44,637 bases of DNA, taken from the NCBI GenBank assembly GCA_046704905.1, contig JBJKRA010000061.1, positions 1-44,637 of the forward strand. Reading direction: 5' to 3'. This stretch comes from Candidatus Woesearchaeota archaeon (GTDB lineage: Archaea; Nanobdellota; Nanobdellia; Woesearchaeales; JAWAQC01). The position numbers and the translations under genes are program-made. The notes beneath the pieces are model-generated. The model did no database searches. It saw only the letters and a list, made by a program, of their open reading frames with translations, and had not been told where the DNA came from. The first letter of the stretch is position 1. Each line of letters starts with the position of its first letter. Below, one piece after another: positions 7,847 to 16,992 of this stretch.

Positions 7847-8110
7847 ATGGCTGATGAAGACAAGATTTTTTCACGCGAGCTGATTGGCAAGATCGTCGTC
7901 TCCAAGAGCGGTAAGAAGTTCGGGGAGGTCGGCGACATCATCTTCGAGACCCGCTCCGGCGAGCTCATCAACATCGTGCTGGTCAACCCTACCTCTTATG
8001 CCCAGAAGCTCGAGCTCGAGAAGGAGAAGGACAACAGCTACATGATCCCCTTCTCTTCGGTCATCGCCGTCGGCGATTTCCTCGTCGTCGCGGAAGAGGA
8101 CATCATCTAA
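7847..8110 (+). CDS. PRC-barrel domain protein
   Basis: 87 aa. LIGKIVVSKSGKKFGEVGDIIFETRSGELINIVL is typical of small archaeal PRC-barrel proteins. Confidence 0.8.
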   Translation: MADEDKIFSRELIGKIVVSKSGKKFGEVGDIIFETRSGELINIVLVNPTSYAQKLELEKEKDNSYMIPFSSVIAVGDFLVVAEEDII

Positions 8111-8817
8111 CGCCTTTCTCTCATACTTTTCGCCAGTTCTTCAGATGTCTTCGGGAGGTTGAGCCTAAGCTTTGCGAAGAAGCGCTGTACGTTGCCGATG
8201 TCGCGCACCAGAAGTTCTTTTGCCCGGTAGCTCGTCGTCGGCACGGCCTGCGACCAGTCGATGATGACCGGGCCGCCGTGGTAGAGGATATTGAACTCGG
8301 AGAGGTCCCCGTGCACGAGCCCTGCCCGATAGAGCCTTCCCACCGCCTTTACGATATCCTCGTACGCCTTCCGCTTCCCCCTGAATGAAGCGTCCTTGAG
8401 CTTGGGCGCAGGGTACTCGTCCCCTATGAACTCCTCCAAGAGCAGGTTGTCCTGGAAATGGATAGGCACCGGGACACGGATGCCGGCCTCTCTCGCCTTG
8501 AGGAGATTGCGGAACTCCCGCTGCGTCCATGCGAAGATGACCTTGCGCTTGTTCTTCGCGACGCCGCTGTAGCGTGCGTCCTCCGCGAGGAAATCGTACA
8601 TCTTGTTGAAATCGCACGTCTCCAGGCGGTATATCTTGATCGCGATCCTGCCTTCGCCTTTCCTGGCGCTGAACACCTGCGCTTCCTTTCCCAGGGCGAT
8701 CGGGCTTTCCAGCTCGTCGAAGAAGCCCCTGCCGGACAGTTCGAAGAGATTCCTGAGCGTGAACCCGTCGAACACCCCTTCATAGGTCTTGAACTTCTCT
8801 TTCGTGATACGCGGCAT
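8107..8817 (-). CDS. rio1: RIO-type serine protein kinase (Rio1-like, no N-terminal wHTH)
   Basis: 236 aa. Motifs are GKEAQVF, IAIKIYR, the catalytic loop LVHGDLSEFNIL, and IIDWSQAV. Confidence 0.9.
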   Translation of the reverse strand: MPRITKEKFKTYEGVFDGFTLRNLFELSGRGFFDELESPIALGKEAQVFSARKGEGRIAIKIYRLETCDFNKMYDFLAEDARYSGVAKNKRKVIFAWTQREFRNLLKAREAGIRVPVPIHFQDNLLLEEFIGDEYPAPKLKDASFRGKRKAYEDIVKAVGRLYRAGLVHGDLSEFNILYHGGPVIIDWSQAVPTTSYRAKELLVRDIGNVQRFFAKLRLNLPKTSEELAKSMRERR

Positions 8818-8842
8818 CCGGCTCCTAGGCTAGCCGGGTGGG

Positions 8843-8850
8843 TATATTAA
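8843..8850 (-). promoter_or_regulatory. TATA box for rio1
   Basis: The minus strand reads TTAATATA, 26 nt from the ATG at 8817. Confidence 0.45.
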
Positions 8851-8880
8851 GATTGCGGGAATGGAACTTAATGTAACAAG

Positions 8881-8889
8881 TTTTATATA
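8881..8889 (+). promoter_or_regulatory. TATA box for the Lrp/AsnC gene
   Basis: TTTTATATA lies 25 nt upstream of the ATG at 8914, which suggests a leaderless mRNA. Confidence 0.5.
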
Positions 8890-8913
8890 CCCCTTTTCCT
8901 GCCATCGGAGCAT

Positions 8914-9375
8914 ATGGTTCACGAAGGAAGCCTCGACGAAAAGGACCTCAAGATCCTCGACATCGTCCAGGAGAACAGCAAGCTCTCGACGCAGCAGATC
9001 TCGAAGAAGACCGGCATCCCCATCACCACGGTCCACAACCGCTTGAAGAAGATGGAGCGCGACGGCGTGATCACCAAGTTCACGGTCCAGGTCAACAGGA
9101 AGATGCTCGGCATCAAGATCACGGCCTTCATCCTCGTCACGATCGACTTCGAGGCCCTGCACGGCGCGAACAAGGACCAGCGCTACCTCTTCAAGGAGCT
9201 GGCCAAGATGCACGACATCGAGTCGGTCAACAGCCTCGCCGGCCAGATCGACCTCATCGTCAAGGTCAACGTCGCCGACATGGAAGGCCTCAACAACTTC
9301 ATCCTCAACAAGCTGCGCACCGTCGTCGGGATAGACAAGACCCAGACCCTCATCGTCCTCGAGAACGTCAAGTAG
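8914..9375 (+). CDS. lrp: Lrp/AsnC-family transcriptional regulator
   Basis: 153 aa. The N-terminal HTH reads LDEKDLKILDIVQENSKLSTQQISKKTGIPITTVHNRLKKMERDGVI. The C-terminal part is an AsnC-type ligand domain. Confidence 0.92.
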   Translation: MVHEGSLDEKDLKILDIVQENSKLSTQQISKKTGIPITTVHNRLKKMERDGVITKFTVQVNRKMLGIKITAFILVTIDFEALHGANKDQRYLFKELAKMHDIESVNSLAGQIDLIVKVNVADMEGLNNFILNKLRTVVGIDKTQTLIVLENVK

Positions 9376-9463
9376 GGCGAAACCGCAAAGCTTAAAAAGC
9401 GCCTGCCTTCTGTCATCCCTGCCCCTCTCAGTATAAGGGAGCACCAGGATAAAGGGATATGGG

Positions 9464-10372
9464 ATGATCTGCCTCTTAGCATTGATAGTCTTCGGGATAC
9501 TCGGCATCTTCAGCGCGACGAACCGTCGCATCGCCAGGGAGGCGTTCGACTGCGTCTTCCGAAAGATCACCCTGCGCAAGTGCCAGACGGGCCTGGACAG
9601 CCGGCTCAAAGGCCAGGTCACGGGCAGGCTCCTCAGGCGCTGGCCGAGGATAGGGAAGTTCGTCTACAGGTACTTCGAGATCATCTCCTGGGCCTTCACC
9701 ATCCTCCTCCTCGTCAGCCTCGTCTACACAGGGATAGCCGGCTACAACTACTACCGCTACGGCAACTGCAACGGCCCGAACAGCGGCTCGTTCTGCATCT
9801 TCGACCCGACGGGCGCGAACGACGCAGTCTCGCACATGGCAAGCGACACCTGCGCGTCGCCTGCCCAGATGAACGCGGCGCTCAACATGGACAGCCTCAA
9901 CCTCTCGCTCTTCCCGACATTGCACCCTGACGCGAAGAACACCGTCGTCTTCATAGGGTGCTACGAGTGCCCCTACACGAGGGAGCTCTACCCGACCATG
10001 CGCGCCCTCTCCGAAAGGGCGGACGTGAAGATGGTCTTCGCCCACTACCCGATCAACAACGACAGCAGGAACCTCACCGATGCCGCGAACTGCATCGCCG
10101 ACCACGGCGTGGACAAGCTCTGGGAGTTCAACGACAAGGTCTTCAAGGCGGACCCAAGGAAGGAGGACGTCGACGCGATCATCGCCAGCCTCAACCTCTC
10201 CGTATCCGGGATCCATGCCTGCATGAAGAGCCCCGCCGAGCAGGCGAGGAAGGATGCGCAGCTCGCATCCCTCAACACGACCGGCATCTACGGCACGCCG
10301 CTCGTCTTCGTCAACGGCCAGCCTCTCGTGGGCCCGAAACCCGCGCGGGTCTATGGCCAGTTCCTCAGATGA
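9464..10372 (+). CDS. membrane-anchored DsbA-like thiol:disulfide oxidoreductase
   Basis: 302 aa. Two N-terminal TM helices precede a thioredoxin-fold domain with a CxxC motif (FIGCYECPY) and a cis-Pro loop (YGTPLVFVNG). Additional Cys pairs are CVFRKITLRKC and GNCNGPNSGSFC. Confidence 0.75.
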   Translation: MICLLALIVFGILGIFSATNRRIAREAFDCVFRKITLRKCQTGLDSRLKGQVTGRLLRRWPRIGKFVYRYFEIISWAFTILLLVSLVYTGIAGYNYYRYGNCNGPNSGSFCIFDPTGANDAVSHMASDTCASPAQMNAALNMDSLNLSLFPTLHPDAKNTVVFIGCYECPYTRELYPTMRALSERADVKMVFAHYPINNDSRNLTDAANCIADHGVDKLWEFNDKVFKADPRKEDVDAIIASLNLSVSGIHACMKSPAEQARKDAQLASLNTTGIYGTPLVFVNGQPLVGPKPARVYGQFLR

Positions 10373-11571
10373 ACGTAGATAAGCTCCGTGAGGACTTCGC
10401 CGTCCTCCAGGGAAAGGACGCTCCGGTCTACTTCGATTCGGCCTGCGTGAGCCTCAAGCCCCGGCAGGTCGTTGAGGCCATCAGGCGCTACTATGACGTC
10501 TTCCCCGCCTGCGCCGGAAGGAGCAACCACCGCCTCGCAGAGGAGGTCACCACGAAGGTCGAGGAGGCCCGGCATGTCCTCTCGAGGCATTTCAACGCGA
10601 AGAAGGATGAGGAGATCGTCTTCACCAGGAACACGACGGAGGCGATCAACCTCGTCGCCAACTGCCTGGACCTCAAAGGGAGGACCGTGCTCACGACCGA
10701 CAAGGAGCACAACTCCAACCTCCTGCCGTGGCTTCGCCTGCAGGAGCAGGGGAGAGCAAGACACGAGGTCCTCCGGTCCGACAGGAACAACGGTTTCGAC
10801 CTCGACGCCTACGGGAAGAGGATGGCGGGAGGCGATGTCGGCCTGGTCGCCGTCCAGCAGACCTCGAATCTCGACGGCATGACGACACCGGTCAGGGATA
10901 TCGTGAGGATCGCGCACGATGCCGGCGCGCTCGTCCTCGTGGACGCCGCGCAGTCTGCGGGCCACCAGGAGATAGACGTAAAGAGGCTGGACGCCGACTT
11001 CATGGCCTGCTCCGGCCACAAGATGCTCGGGCCCTCTGGCATCGGCATGCTCTACGGGAAGAAGGTACGCATGGAGATGCTCAGGCCTTTCATGCTCGGC
11101 GGCGACACCGTGAAAGACACCCGCTACGACGGCTACGAGCTCGAGGACCTGCCGCACCGTTTCGAGGCGGGCCTGCAGGACTATGCCGGCGAGATCGGTT
11201 TCGGCCGCGCCGTGCAGTACCTGGAGAAAGTCGGCCTCCCTGCGATACGCAAGGCCGAAGAGCGGATGAACGCCGTCCTCACCGCGGCCGTGGAGGAGCT
11301 TCCGGCGACGGTCATCGGCGACCCGGACCCGAAGGGACGCGGGAGCATCGTGAGCTTCTACAACGGGAAGATGAACGTCCACGAGATGAACCTCATGCTG
11401 AACGCGAACAACATCATGGCGCGCTCCGGCGCGTTCTGCGTGCACAGCTGGTTCAACGCCCATGGCGTGGCGGGCGCGCTGCGGCTCTCCAGCTATCTGT
11501 ACAACACGGAAGAGGAGGCAGAGACCGTCGCGCGTTTCCTGAAGGGATCGATAGCGCCGCTCCTGAGGTGA
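10369..11571 (+). CDS. cysteine desulfurase / class V aminotransferase (SufS/Csd-like)
   Basis: 400 aa from ATG 10369, which forms an ATGA overlap with the upstream stop. The N-terminus reads MNVDKLREDFAVLQGKDAPVYFDSA. The PLP-Lys motif is SGHKMLGPSGIGMLYG, and a late Cys sits in RSGAFCVHSW. Confidence 0.9.
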   Translation: MNVDKLREDFAVLQGKDAPVYFDSACVSLKPRQVVEAIRRYYDVFPACAGRSNHRLAEEVTTKVEEARHVLSRHFNAKKDEEIVFTRNTTEAINLVANCLDLKGRTVLTTDKEHNSNLLPWLRLQEQGRARHEVLRSDRNNGFDLDAYGKRMAGGDVGLVAVQQTSNLDGMTTPVRDIVRIAHDAGALVLVDAAQSAGHQEIDVKRLDADFMACSGHKMLGPSGIGMLYGKKVRMEMLRPFMLGGDTVKDTRYDGYELEDLPHRFEAGLQDYAGEIGFGRAVQYLEKVGLPAIRKAEERMNAVLTAAVEELPATVIGDPDPKGRGSIVSFYNGKMNVHEMNLMLNANNIMARSGAFCVHSWFNAHGVAGALRLSSYLYNTEEEAETVARFLKGSIAPLLR

Positions 11572-11573
11572 CC

Positions 11574-11732
11574 ATGCAAGACGCCATCCTCATCACCCTC
11601 TCGGTCCTGAGCATCCTCATCATCTACTGGGTCGCCTGGGGCCAGAGGAAGTACAACGATACCTTCCGCACCTATTTCAACCCCTGGCTCGAGCAGGAGA
11701 AGAAAGAGGGCAAGAAAGGGGGGAAGCCCTGA
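11574..11732 (+). CDS. 52-aa membrane peptide
   Basis: The sequence is MQDAILITLSVLSILIIYWVAWGQRKYNDTFRTYFNPWLEQEKKEGKKGGKP. It starts 2 nt after the desulfurase stop, and its TGA shares one base with the ROK ATG (TGATG). It falls below the ORF-track cutoff in its own right. Confidence 0.4.
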   Translation: MQDAILITLSVLSILIIYWVAWGQRKYNDTFRTYFNPWLEQEKKEGKKGGKP

Positions 11733-12547
11733 TGGCGACCCTCTGCCTCGACATCGGCGGCACGCACATCAAGTCCGGGCTCTACGACGGCGGATGGCTC
11801 GCGACCAAGGAGGTGCCGACCTTCCTCTCCGCGAGGCGCACGGGAAAGGAGTTCCTCGACCAGGTCGACGCGCTCTTCACCTCCTACAGGAAGGCCAACA
11901 GGAAAAGGATCGGCGCGATCCACGCCGGCTTCCCCGGCGTCTTCGAGGACAGGGGCAAGGGCATCGTCTCAACGGCCAACATGCCCCTCAAGGGCTATCC
12001 CCTCAAGGGCTATCTCGAGAAGCGCTACAAGGTGCGTGTCCTCCTGGAGAACGACGCGAACTGCTTCGCCCTCGGCGAGCAGGCGGTCGGCGCGGCAAAG
12101 GGCTTCTCCCACGTCGTCGGCATCACGCTCGGCACGGGCATCGGCATCGGCATCGTCATCGACGGCAGGATCTACCACGGCAAGGCGAACGCCGGCGAGA
12201 TGGGCCACAGCACGTACCTGGACGCCACCTTCGAGGACTACGTCAGCAGGCGCGCGCTCCTGCGCTACGCGAAAGACGCAGGGATAGGCGCGTCCGACCC
12301 CAAAGAGCTCGCGCACCCGCGCTACAGGAAGGTCTGGCAGACGTACGGCGCGCACCTGGGGAACATCGTCCTCATCATCGCACGGCTGCTCGACCCCGAG
12401 ATCGTCGTGATAGGCGGGCAGATGGCGCGCGCGCATGCGCTCTTCTCCCCTGCCATGCGTAAGGCCTGCAGGGGCTATCCGGTCAGGGTCGCCTTCTCGT
12501 CGCAGAACCTCGCCCTCGACGGCGCGGCGAGGCTGCGTGCTGATTGA
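11732..12547 (+). CDS. ROK-family sugar kinase
   Basis: 271 aa. Motifs are LCLDIGGTHIKSG, ENDANCFALGE, and GITLGTGIGIGIVIDGRIYHGKANAGEMGH. Confidence 0.85.
   Translation: MATLCLDIGGTHIKSGLYDGGWLATKEVPTFLSARRTGKEFLDQVDALFTSYRKANRKRIGAIHAGFPGVFEDRGKGIVSTANMPLKGYPLKGYLEKRYKVRVLLENDANCFALGEQAVGAAKGFSHVVGITLGTGIGIGIVIDGRIYHGKANAGEMGHSTYLDATFEDYVSRRALLRYAKDAGIGASDPKELAHPRYRKVWQTYGAHLGNIVLIIARLLDPEIVVIGGQMARAHALFSPAMRKACRGYPVRVAFSSQNLALDGAARLRAD
11984..12013 (+). repeat. perfect 15-bp tandem duplication (2 x CCCCTCAAGGGCTAT) inside the ROK gene
   Basis: Bases 11984-11998 are identical to 11999-12013. Together they encode PLKGY-PLKGY. Confidence 0.95.
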
Positions 12548-12551
12548 GGAA

Positions 12552-12563
12552 AAAGTTTAAAAA
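12552..12563 (+). promoter_or_regulatory. TATA box for the GT4 / GT-C operon
   Basis: AAAGTTTAAAAA ends 24 nt upstream of the ATG at 12587. Confidence 0.45.
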
Positions 12564-12586
12564 CGCACCCCTCGTTCTGAAAGAGC

Positions 12587-13702
12587 ATGCCGACCCTCCT
12601 CCTCGTAGCGCCGAACTTCCTGGAACCGACCGCATGGATGGTCTCGGCCTACAAGACCGCGGTCAATCTCCGCAAGTACGCAGGATGGAGGGTCGTCGTC
12701 CTGACCTCGCGCACGCAAGGCAGCAAGGCGCAAGAGACGATAGAAGGCGTCGAGGTCCACCGCACCCCTGCCTGGTACGTCCCCGACCCCTTCAACTACA
12801 CGGTGACCCCGCGCATATTCTCCGACGCGGCAAGGCTCATCAGGCAGGAGCATCCGGACGCGATCCTCGTCAGCAAGTACATGTTCTTCTCCTCGCTCGT
12901 CGGCCTCCAGTGCAGGCTCAGGCGCATCCCCTATTCCGTCCAGACCGACACCTTCCCCGGCTACGACTGGTTCGCGCCTTCGAGGGTGCTCAACGCCTTC
13001 CTCTGGATATATACGCGCACCCTCGGAAAACTCGTGCTCAGGGGGGCGAAGAAGGTCTTCCTGCTCCACGACGGCCTCATCCCGACGGCGAAGCGCCTGC
13101 ACCTTCCCTATAAGGTGATCCCTAACGGCATCGATCCGGAAGCCTTCGCAAAGGCAGGACCGGCGAAGGACCTGGTCTCCTACAAGAAGGACGCGCTCCT
13201 CGTCACCTACCTCGGCAGGCTCGACGAGGTCAAAGGCTACAAGGCAGTGCTCGACGCCGCGGAGAGGCTCAAGGCAAGGCATGACATCCGCTTCCTCTTC
13301 GTCTGCGGCGACAAGTATCCGGAGAAGAGGAAGGGACTCGAAAAGGAGTACCCCTACATCAGGTTCGAGGGCTTCAGGAAGGACATCCCCGCGGTCTTCG
13401 CAGCGTCCGACATCCATGTGCTCGCGTCCTACGCGGAAGGCCTGCCCAACTCCGTGCTCGAGGCCATGGCCGCAGGCTGCGCGGTGATGGCGACATCCGT
13501 CGGCGCGGTGCCCTATCTCATAAAGGACGGGAGGACCGGCGTGATCATCAGGGATAGGGGCAGGATCTCGGACAGCATAGAGAGGCTCGCCAGGGACAGG
13601 GAACGCCTCAGGGCGGTCGCGAAGGCAGGTCAGGAGAAGGTGCTGCAGGACTACAGCTGGCGGCGTCTCGCAGGAAGGCTCGCCGGGGAGCTCGCCAGAT
13701 GA
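12587..13702 (+). CDS. glycosyltransferase family 4 (GT-B)
   Basis: 371 aa. The C-terminal motif is EGLPNSVLEAMAAGCAVMATSVGAVPYLIKDGRTGVII. Confidence 0.88.
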   Translation: MPTLLLVAPNFLEPTAWMVSAYKTAVNLRKYAGWRVVVLTSRTQGSKAQETIEGVEVHRTPAWYVPDPFNYTVTPRIFSDAARLIRQEHPDAILVSKYMFFSSLVGLQCRLRRIPYSVQTDTFPGYDWFAPSRVLNAFLWIYTRTLGKLVLRGAKKVFLLHDGLIPTAKRLHLPYKVIPNGIDPEAFAKAGPAKDLVSYKKDALLVTYLGRLDEVKGYKAVLDAAERLKARHDIRFLFVCGDKYPEKRKGLEKEYPYIRFEGFRKDIPAVFAASDIHVLASYAEGLPNSVLEAMAAGCAVMATSVGAVPYLIKDGRTGVIIRDRGRISDSIERLARDRERLRAVAKAGQEKVLQDYSWRRLAGRLAGELAR

Positions 13703-15198
13703 GGAAGGCCCTCGTCTGGACGCTGCTCGCCCTCATCATCCTGGGCGGCCTTGCGGCGAGGCTCGCCACGGTGGGCGGAACGTTCGACACCGACACCAGC
13801 TATTTCCATCTGCGATGGATCGAGCAGATCAGCACCACCGGGAAGTTCAGCTACTACGACACGCTCAGCTACGGGGGCAGGCCCTACTACTACCCGCCCT
13901 TCTTCTACGGCTTCATGGCGCTCGCCACGAGGCTGACCGGGCAGGGCGCGCGCTACATCCCGCTGCTATTCGCCGCGCTGCTCCCCCTCATCGTCTTCCT
14001 GCTCATCAGGCACTTCAAGGCCGGCGACTGGGCCGCGCTCGCCGGCGGCGCGATCACCGCCACCGTCCCGGTCCTGTTCACCTATCTCAACTTCACGATC
14101 GAGCCGGTCAGCTTCGCGCTGCCGCTCTTCTTCCTCTGCCTCTACGCGTTCCTCAGGGTGCGCAGCGACAGCAGGGTGGTCAACTGGTACCTCGCCCTCT
14201 TCATCCTCTTCACGCTCACCTCGGCGTTCTCGCTGCTCTACGTGCTCACGCTCTTCATCTACCTCATCCTCACGAGGATAGAGGGCAAGCGCATCGCCAA
14301 GAAGGAGCTCGAGCTCTTCCTCTTCTCGCTGTTCTTCTCCTCATGGTTCTACAGCCTGGTCTACCAGAAGCTCCTGCTCTCCGAAGGGTTCGGCATCCTC
14401 TGGAGGAACATCCCTGCCTCGCTCTTCGCCTCCGTCTTCAAGGACTTCACGCTCGCGACGCTCCTGCCGAGCATAGGGGTCCTGGTCTTCCTCGTCGGCA
14501 TCTACATGTGGTACAAGACCGTCTTCTCCTACAACGAGAAAGGGTTCTTCCTCCTCGCCTCGGGCATCCTCCTCATCCTGGTCGGCATGGTGACCAAGGT
14601 GCTCACGCCCCTCGAGGGCCTGCTCTTCGGAGGTGTCTATTTCGCCGTGCTCTCCGGCATCTTCCTCGCGAAGCTCCGGGAGAAGATCATGACGACGAAG
14701 TTCGGGAAGTACGCCTCATGGATCGCCGTGGCGGCTTTCCTCGTGATAATGGCGACGAACGTCGTGGCGATACAGTACGCCCTGGCGAACAGGACCGTCC
14801 CCCTGACCGCTAGCGAGGAGAGGGCTTTCTCGCTGATGCGCGAGTTCTCGAAAGGCCAGTCGACGGTGTTCGCGCCCTGGTTCTACGGGAACGCCATCAC
14901 CTATTTCGCGGGCCACAAGGACGTCATGGACGACGTCTTCCTCGGCATCACCGATGCGGACATGAGGCTAGCGGACATCAGGGAGGCGTACACCACTCCC
15001 TTCGAGACCGAGGCGCTGCAGATCTTCTCCAAGTACCAGGCGAAATACCTCGTGGTCTCGGACCGCATACTCGCCGCGTACCGCATCAGCGGCGTCTCCT
15101 ACGTCAACGACAAGAATTGCTTCAGGCCGGAGTTCGAATACCATGGTGTGGAGGTCTACCAGATAACATGCACGCTGGAGAACTACAGGACAGGCTGA
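13699..15198 (+). CDS. polytopic GT-C membrane glycosyltransferase, short STT3/AglB-like
   Basis: 499 aa with about 11-13 hydrophobic helices, followed by a soluble tail of roughly 100 aa. The first loop reads FDTDTSYFHLR (13786-13815), which resembles the STT3/AglB D-x-D...YxHxR motif. PWFYG (14875-14889) sits where WWDYG would be. An ATGA overlap joins it to the upstream GT4. Confidence 0.6.
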   Translation: MRKALVWTLLALIILGGLAARLATVGGTFDTDTSYFHLRWIEQISTTGKFSYYDTLSYGGRPYYYPPFFYGFMALATRLTGQGARYIPLLFAALLPLIVFLLIRHFKAGDWAALAGGAITATVPVLFTYLNFTIEPVSFALPLFFLCLYAFLRVRSDSRVVNWYLALFILFTLTSAFSLLYVLTLFIYLILTRIEGKRIAKKELELFLFSLFFSSWFYSLVYQKLLLSEGFGILWRNIPASLFASVFKDFTLATLLPSIGVLVFLVGIYMWYKTVFSYNEKGFFLLASGILLILVGMVTKVLTPLEGLLFGGVYFAVLSGIFLAKLREKIMTTKFGKYASWIAVAAFLVIMATNVVAIQYALANRTVPLTASEERAFSLMREFSKGQSTVFAPWFYGNAITYFAGHKDVMDDVFLGITDADMRLADIREAYTTPFETEALQIFSKYQAKYLVVSDRILAAYRISGVSYVNDKNCFRPEFEYHGVEVYQITCTLENYRTG

Positions 15199-16544
15199 AG
15201 AAGGCATTGCGGCAGAGCTGGACCGCAGGCATAGCGGCGGCGCTCCTCCTCGCCTCCGTTCCCCTGATACGATGGAAGGAAGGCCTGCCCTTGCTGACAG
15301 GACGCTGGCCGTACTACCACGAGTACGTGGCCCTGCATTTCATGGGGTTCTTCGAGCAGGGCCAGGTCAGCGCCTACCATTTCCTCGTCTATATCGGCTC
15401 TTACGTCCTCCCCGTCCGTTATGTCGAGGCCCTGCTGCCCTGGATGTTCGGCGTCGCCGCCATCCTCCTGTTCGGCGCCCTGCTCAGGCGCCATACGGGC
15501 GCGGAGGAGCGGATCACGATCCTGCTCGTGACGGCAGCCTCGCCGCTGTTCCTCTATGCCTTCATCTACGCGACGCCATTCTCGGTCAGCGTGTTCCTCC
15601 TCCTGCTCTTCGTGTACTCGCTGGACCGGGCCTCGCATTGGAGCTACCTGCTCGCGCTGCTCATAGGCCTGGCAGGCGTCGTTGACAGCGCGATCGCGTT
15701 GCTCGTCGTCTATCTCTTCTACCGCACGGACAGGAAAGGCTACAGGACGGGAGCCCGCATCATAACGGCGCTGCTCGTCCTCGCGAACGCCACGTATGCG
15801 CTCCTCTTCTGGAGGCTGAACATCGGGAGCCAGCTGATGGTCGTCCCAGGCCTCAACCAGATGCTCATCGGCATAGGGGTCATCGTCGTGCCGCTCGCGG
15901 TCATCGGCATGATGGAGAGGGCGAGGAGGAAGGAGACGGCCATGATCGTCGCGACCCTTGCCGCCGCGGCCATAGGCATCGCGCTGCTCCAGACGCTCCT
16001 CCTCTACGCGGTCTTCGCGGTCATGTACTACGCCGGCATCGGCGCCGACCGGCTGATCAGGCGGCACTGGTCCTTCGCGGAGGTGCGCACGATCACCCTC
16101 ATCGCCTTCGGCTGTGGCATCCTCTTCTCCGGCCTCGTCTTCCTCACGGCCGCGGTGCACGCCGGTCCCACGACCGCCATGGCCGACGGGCTCTCCTGGC
16201 TGCGCGCCCAGCCGGATGGCACGGTCCTGAGCGCCCCCATGTACGGGTTCTGGATACAGGACATCGCAGGCAAGGAACCCTTCTGCAGCGACCTCTCCTG
16301 CGACAGTGCGCTCTTCGCGAACATGACAGAAACGAGGGACCTCTCGAAGGCGAAGGCCCTCCTCTCGCAGGCCGGCATACGCTACCTGCTCATCACGCCG
16401 GAGATGGAGAAGGGCCTGGTCTGGGCAGAGAAAGGGCAGGGGTTGGAGTTCCTGCTGACGAACAACGACACCTTCACGGAGATCTACGCCGGCCGCAATA
16501 TGGAGATCTACAGGGTAGATGCTACGGACGCTTCCGTACCCTGA
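15168..16544 (+). CDS. polytopic GT-C-like membrane protein, divergent paralogue of the preceding gene
   Basis: About 458 aa from ATG 15168; the start is uncertain and the ORF opens at 15117. Loop 1 reads GRWPYYHEY with no acidic pair. The C-terminal SAPMYGFWIQDIAGKEPF (MYGFW at 16239-16253) parallels FAPWFYGNAITYFAGHKDV in the upstream gene. Confidence 0.55.
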   Translation: MHAGELQDRLKKALRQSWTAGIAAALLLASVPLIRWKEGLPLLTGRWPYYHEYVALHFMGFFEQGQVSAYHFLVYIGSYVLPVRYVEALLPWMFGVAAILLFGALLRRHTGAEERITILLVTAASPLFLYAFIYATPFSVSVFLLLLFVYSLDRASHWSYLLALLIGLAGVVDSAIALLVVYLFYRTDRKGYRTGARIITALLVLANATYALLFWRLNIGSQLMVVPGLNQMLIGIGVIVVPLAVIGMMERARRKETAMIVATLAAAAIGIALLQTLLLYAVFAVMYYAGIGADRLIRRHWSFAEVRTITLIAFGCGILFSGLVFLTAAVHAGPTTAMADGLSWLRAQPDGTVLSAPMYGFWIQDIAGKEPFCSDLSCDSALFANMTETRDLSKAKALLSQAGIRYLLITPEMEKGLVWAEKGQGLEFLLTNNDTFTEIYAGRNMEIYRVDATDASVP

Positions 16545-16992
16545 TGACGTCGCCTATCGTGAGCCCCTGCGCATGGCCTTCTGTCGCCGCCGTGCGGAAG
16601 TCGTCCTCCCGCTGCGTCTCGACGAGCGCGAGGTGGTAGAATCGCTCGAGCTTCCTCGCGAGCGCGATGGACGGTTCGATATGGCCCGACTCGAGCTGGT
16701 GGATCACCGAGACCTTCTCGTTGACCGCATGCGCCACCTCCTCCTGCGTGAGGCCGCGCCTGGCGCGGGCGTCTGCCAGGAGTTCGGCATAGCCGGGCAC
16801 GACCGTCTCGACGCTCTCCGGCTTCCTCTGGCGCTGGACGGTCGGCTTCCTTCTCGTGTCGAGCCGTTCGGCAGGCGGCGGCGCGGCGACCGTGCCGAAG
16901 CGCGCGCAGGCAGGGCAGACGCGCATGACGACGCCCTCGATGGTGGCAGTGAGCAGCCGATCAGAGACCTTCCCGCAGAGTTCGCAGTTCAT
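16522..16992 (-). CDS. mbf1: multiprotein bridging factor 1 (archaeal MBF1)
   Basis: 156 aa. The N-terminal zinc ribbon reads CELCG...CPAC. The C-terminal HTH reads RRGLTQEEVAHAVNEKVSVIHQLESG. Confidence 0.88.
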   Translation of the reverse strand: MNCELCGKVSDRLLTATIEGVVMRVCPACARFGTVAAPPPAERLDTRRKPTVQRQRKPESVETVVPGYAELLADARARRGLTQEEVAHAVNEKVSVIHQLESGHIEPSIALARKLERFYHLALVETQREDDFRTAATEGHAQGLTIGDVIRVRKRP

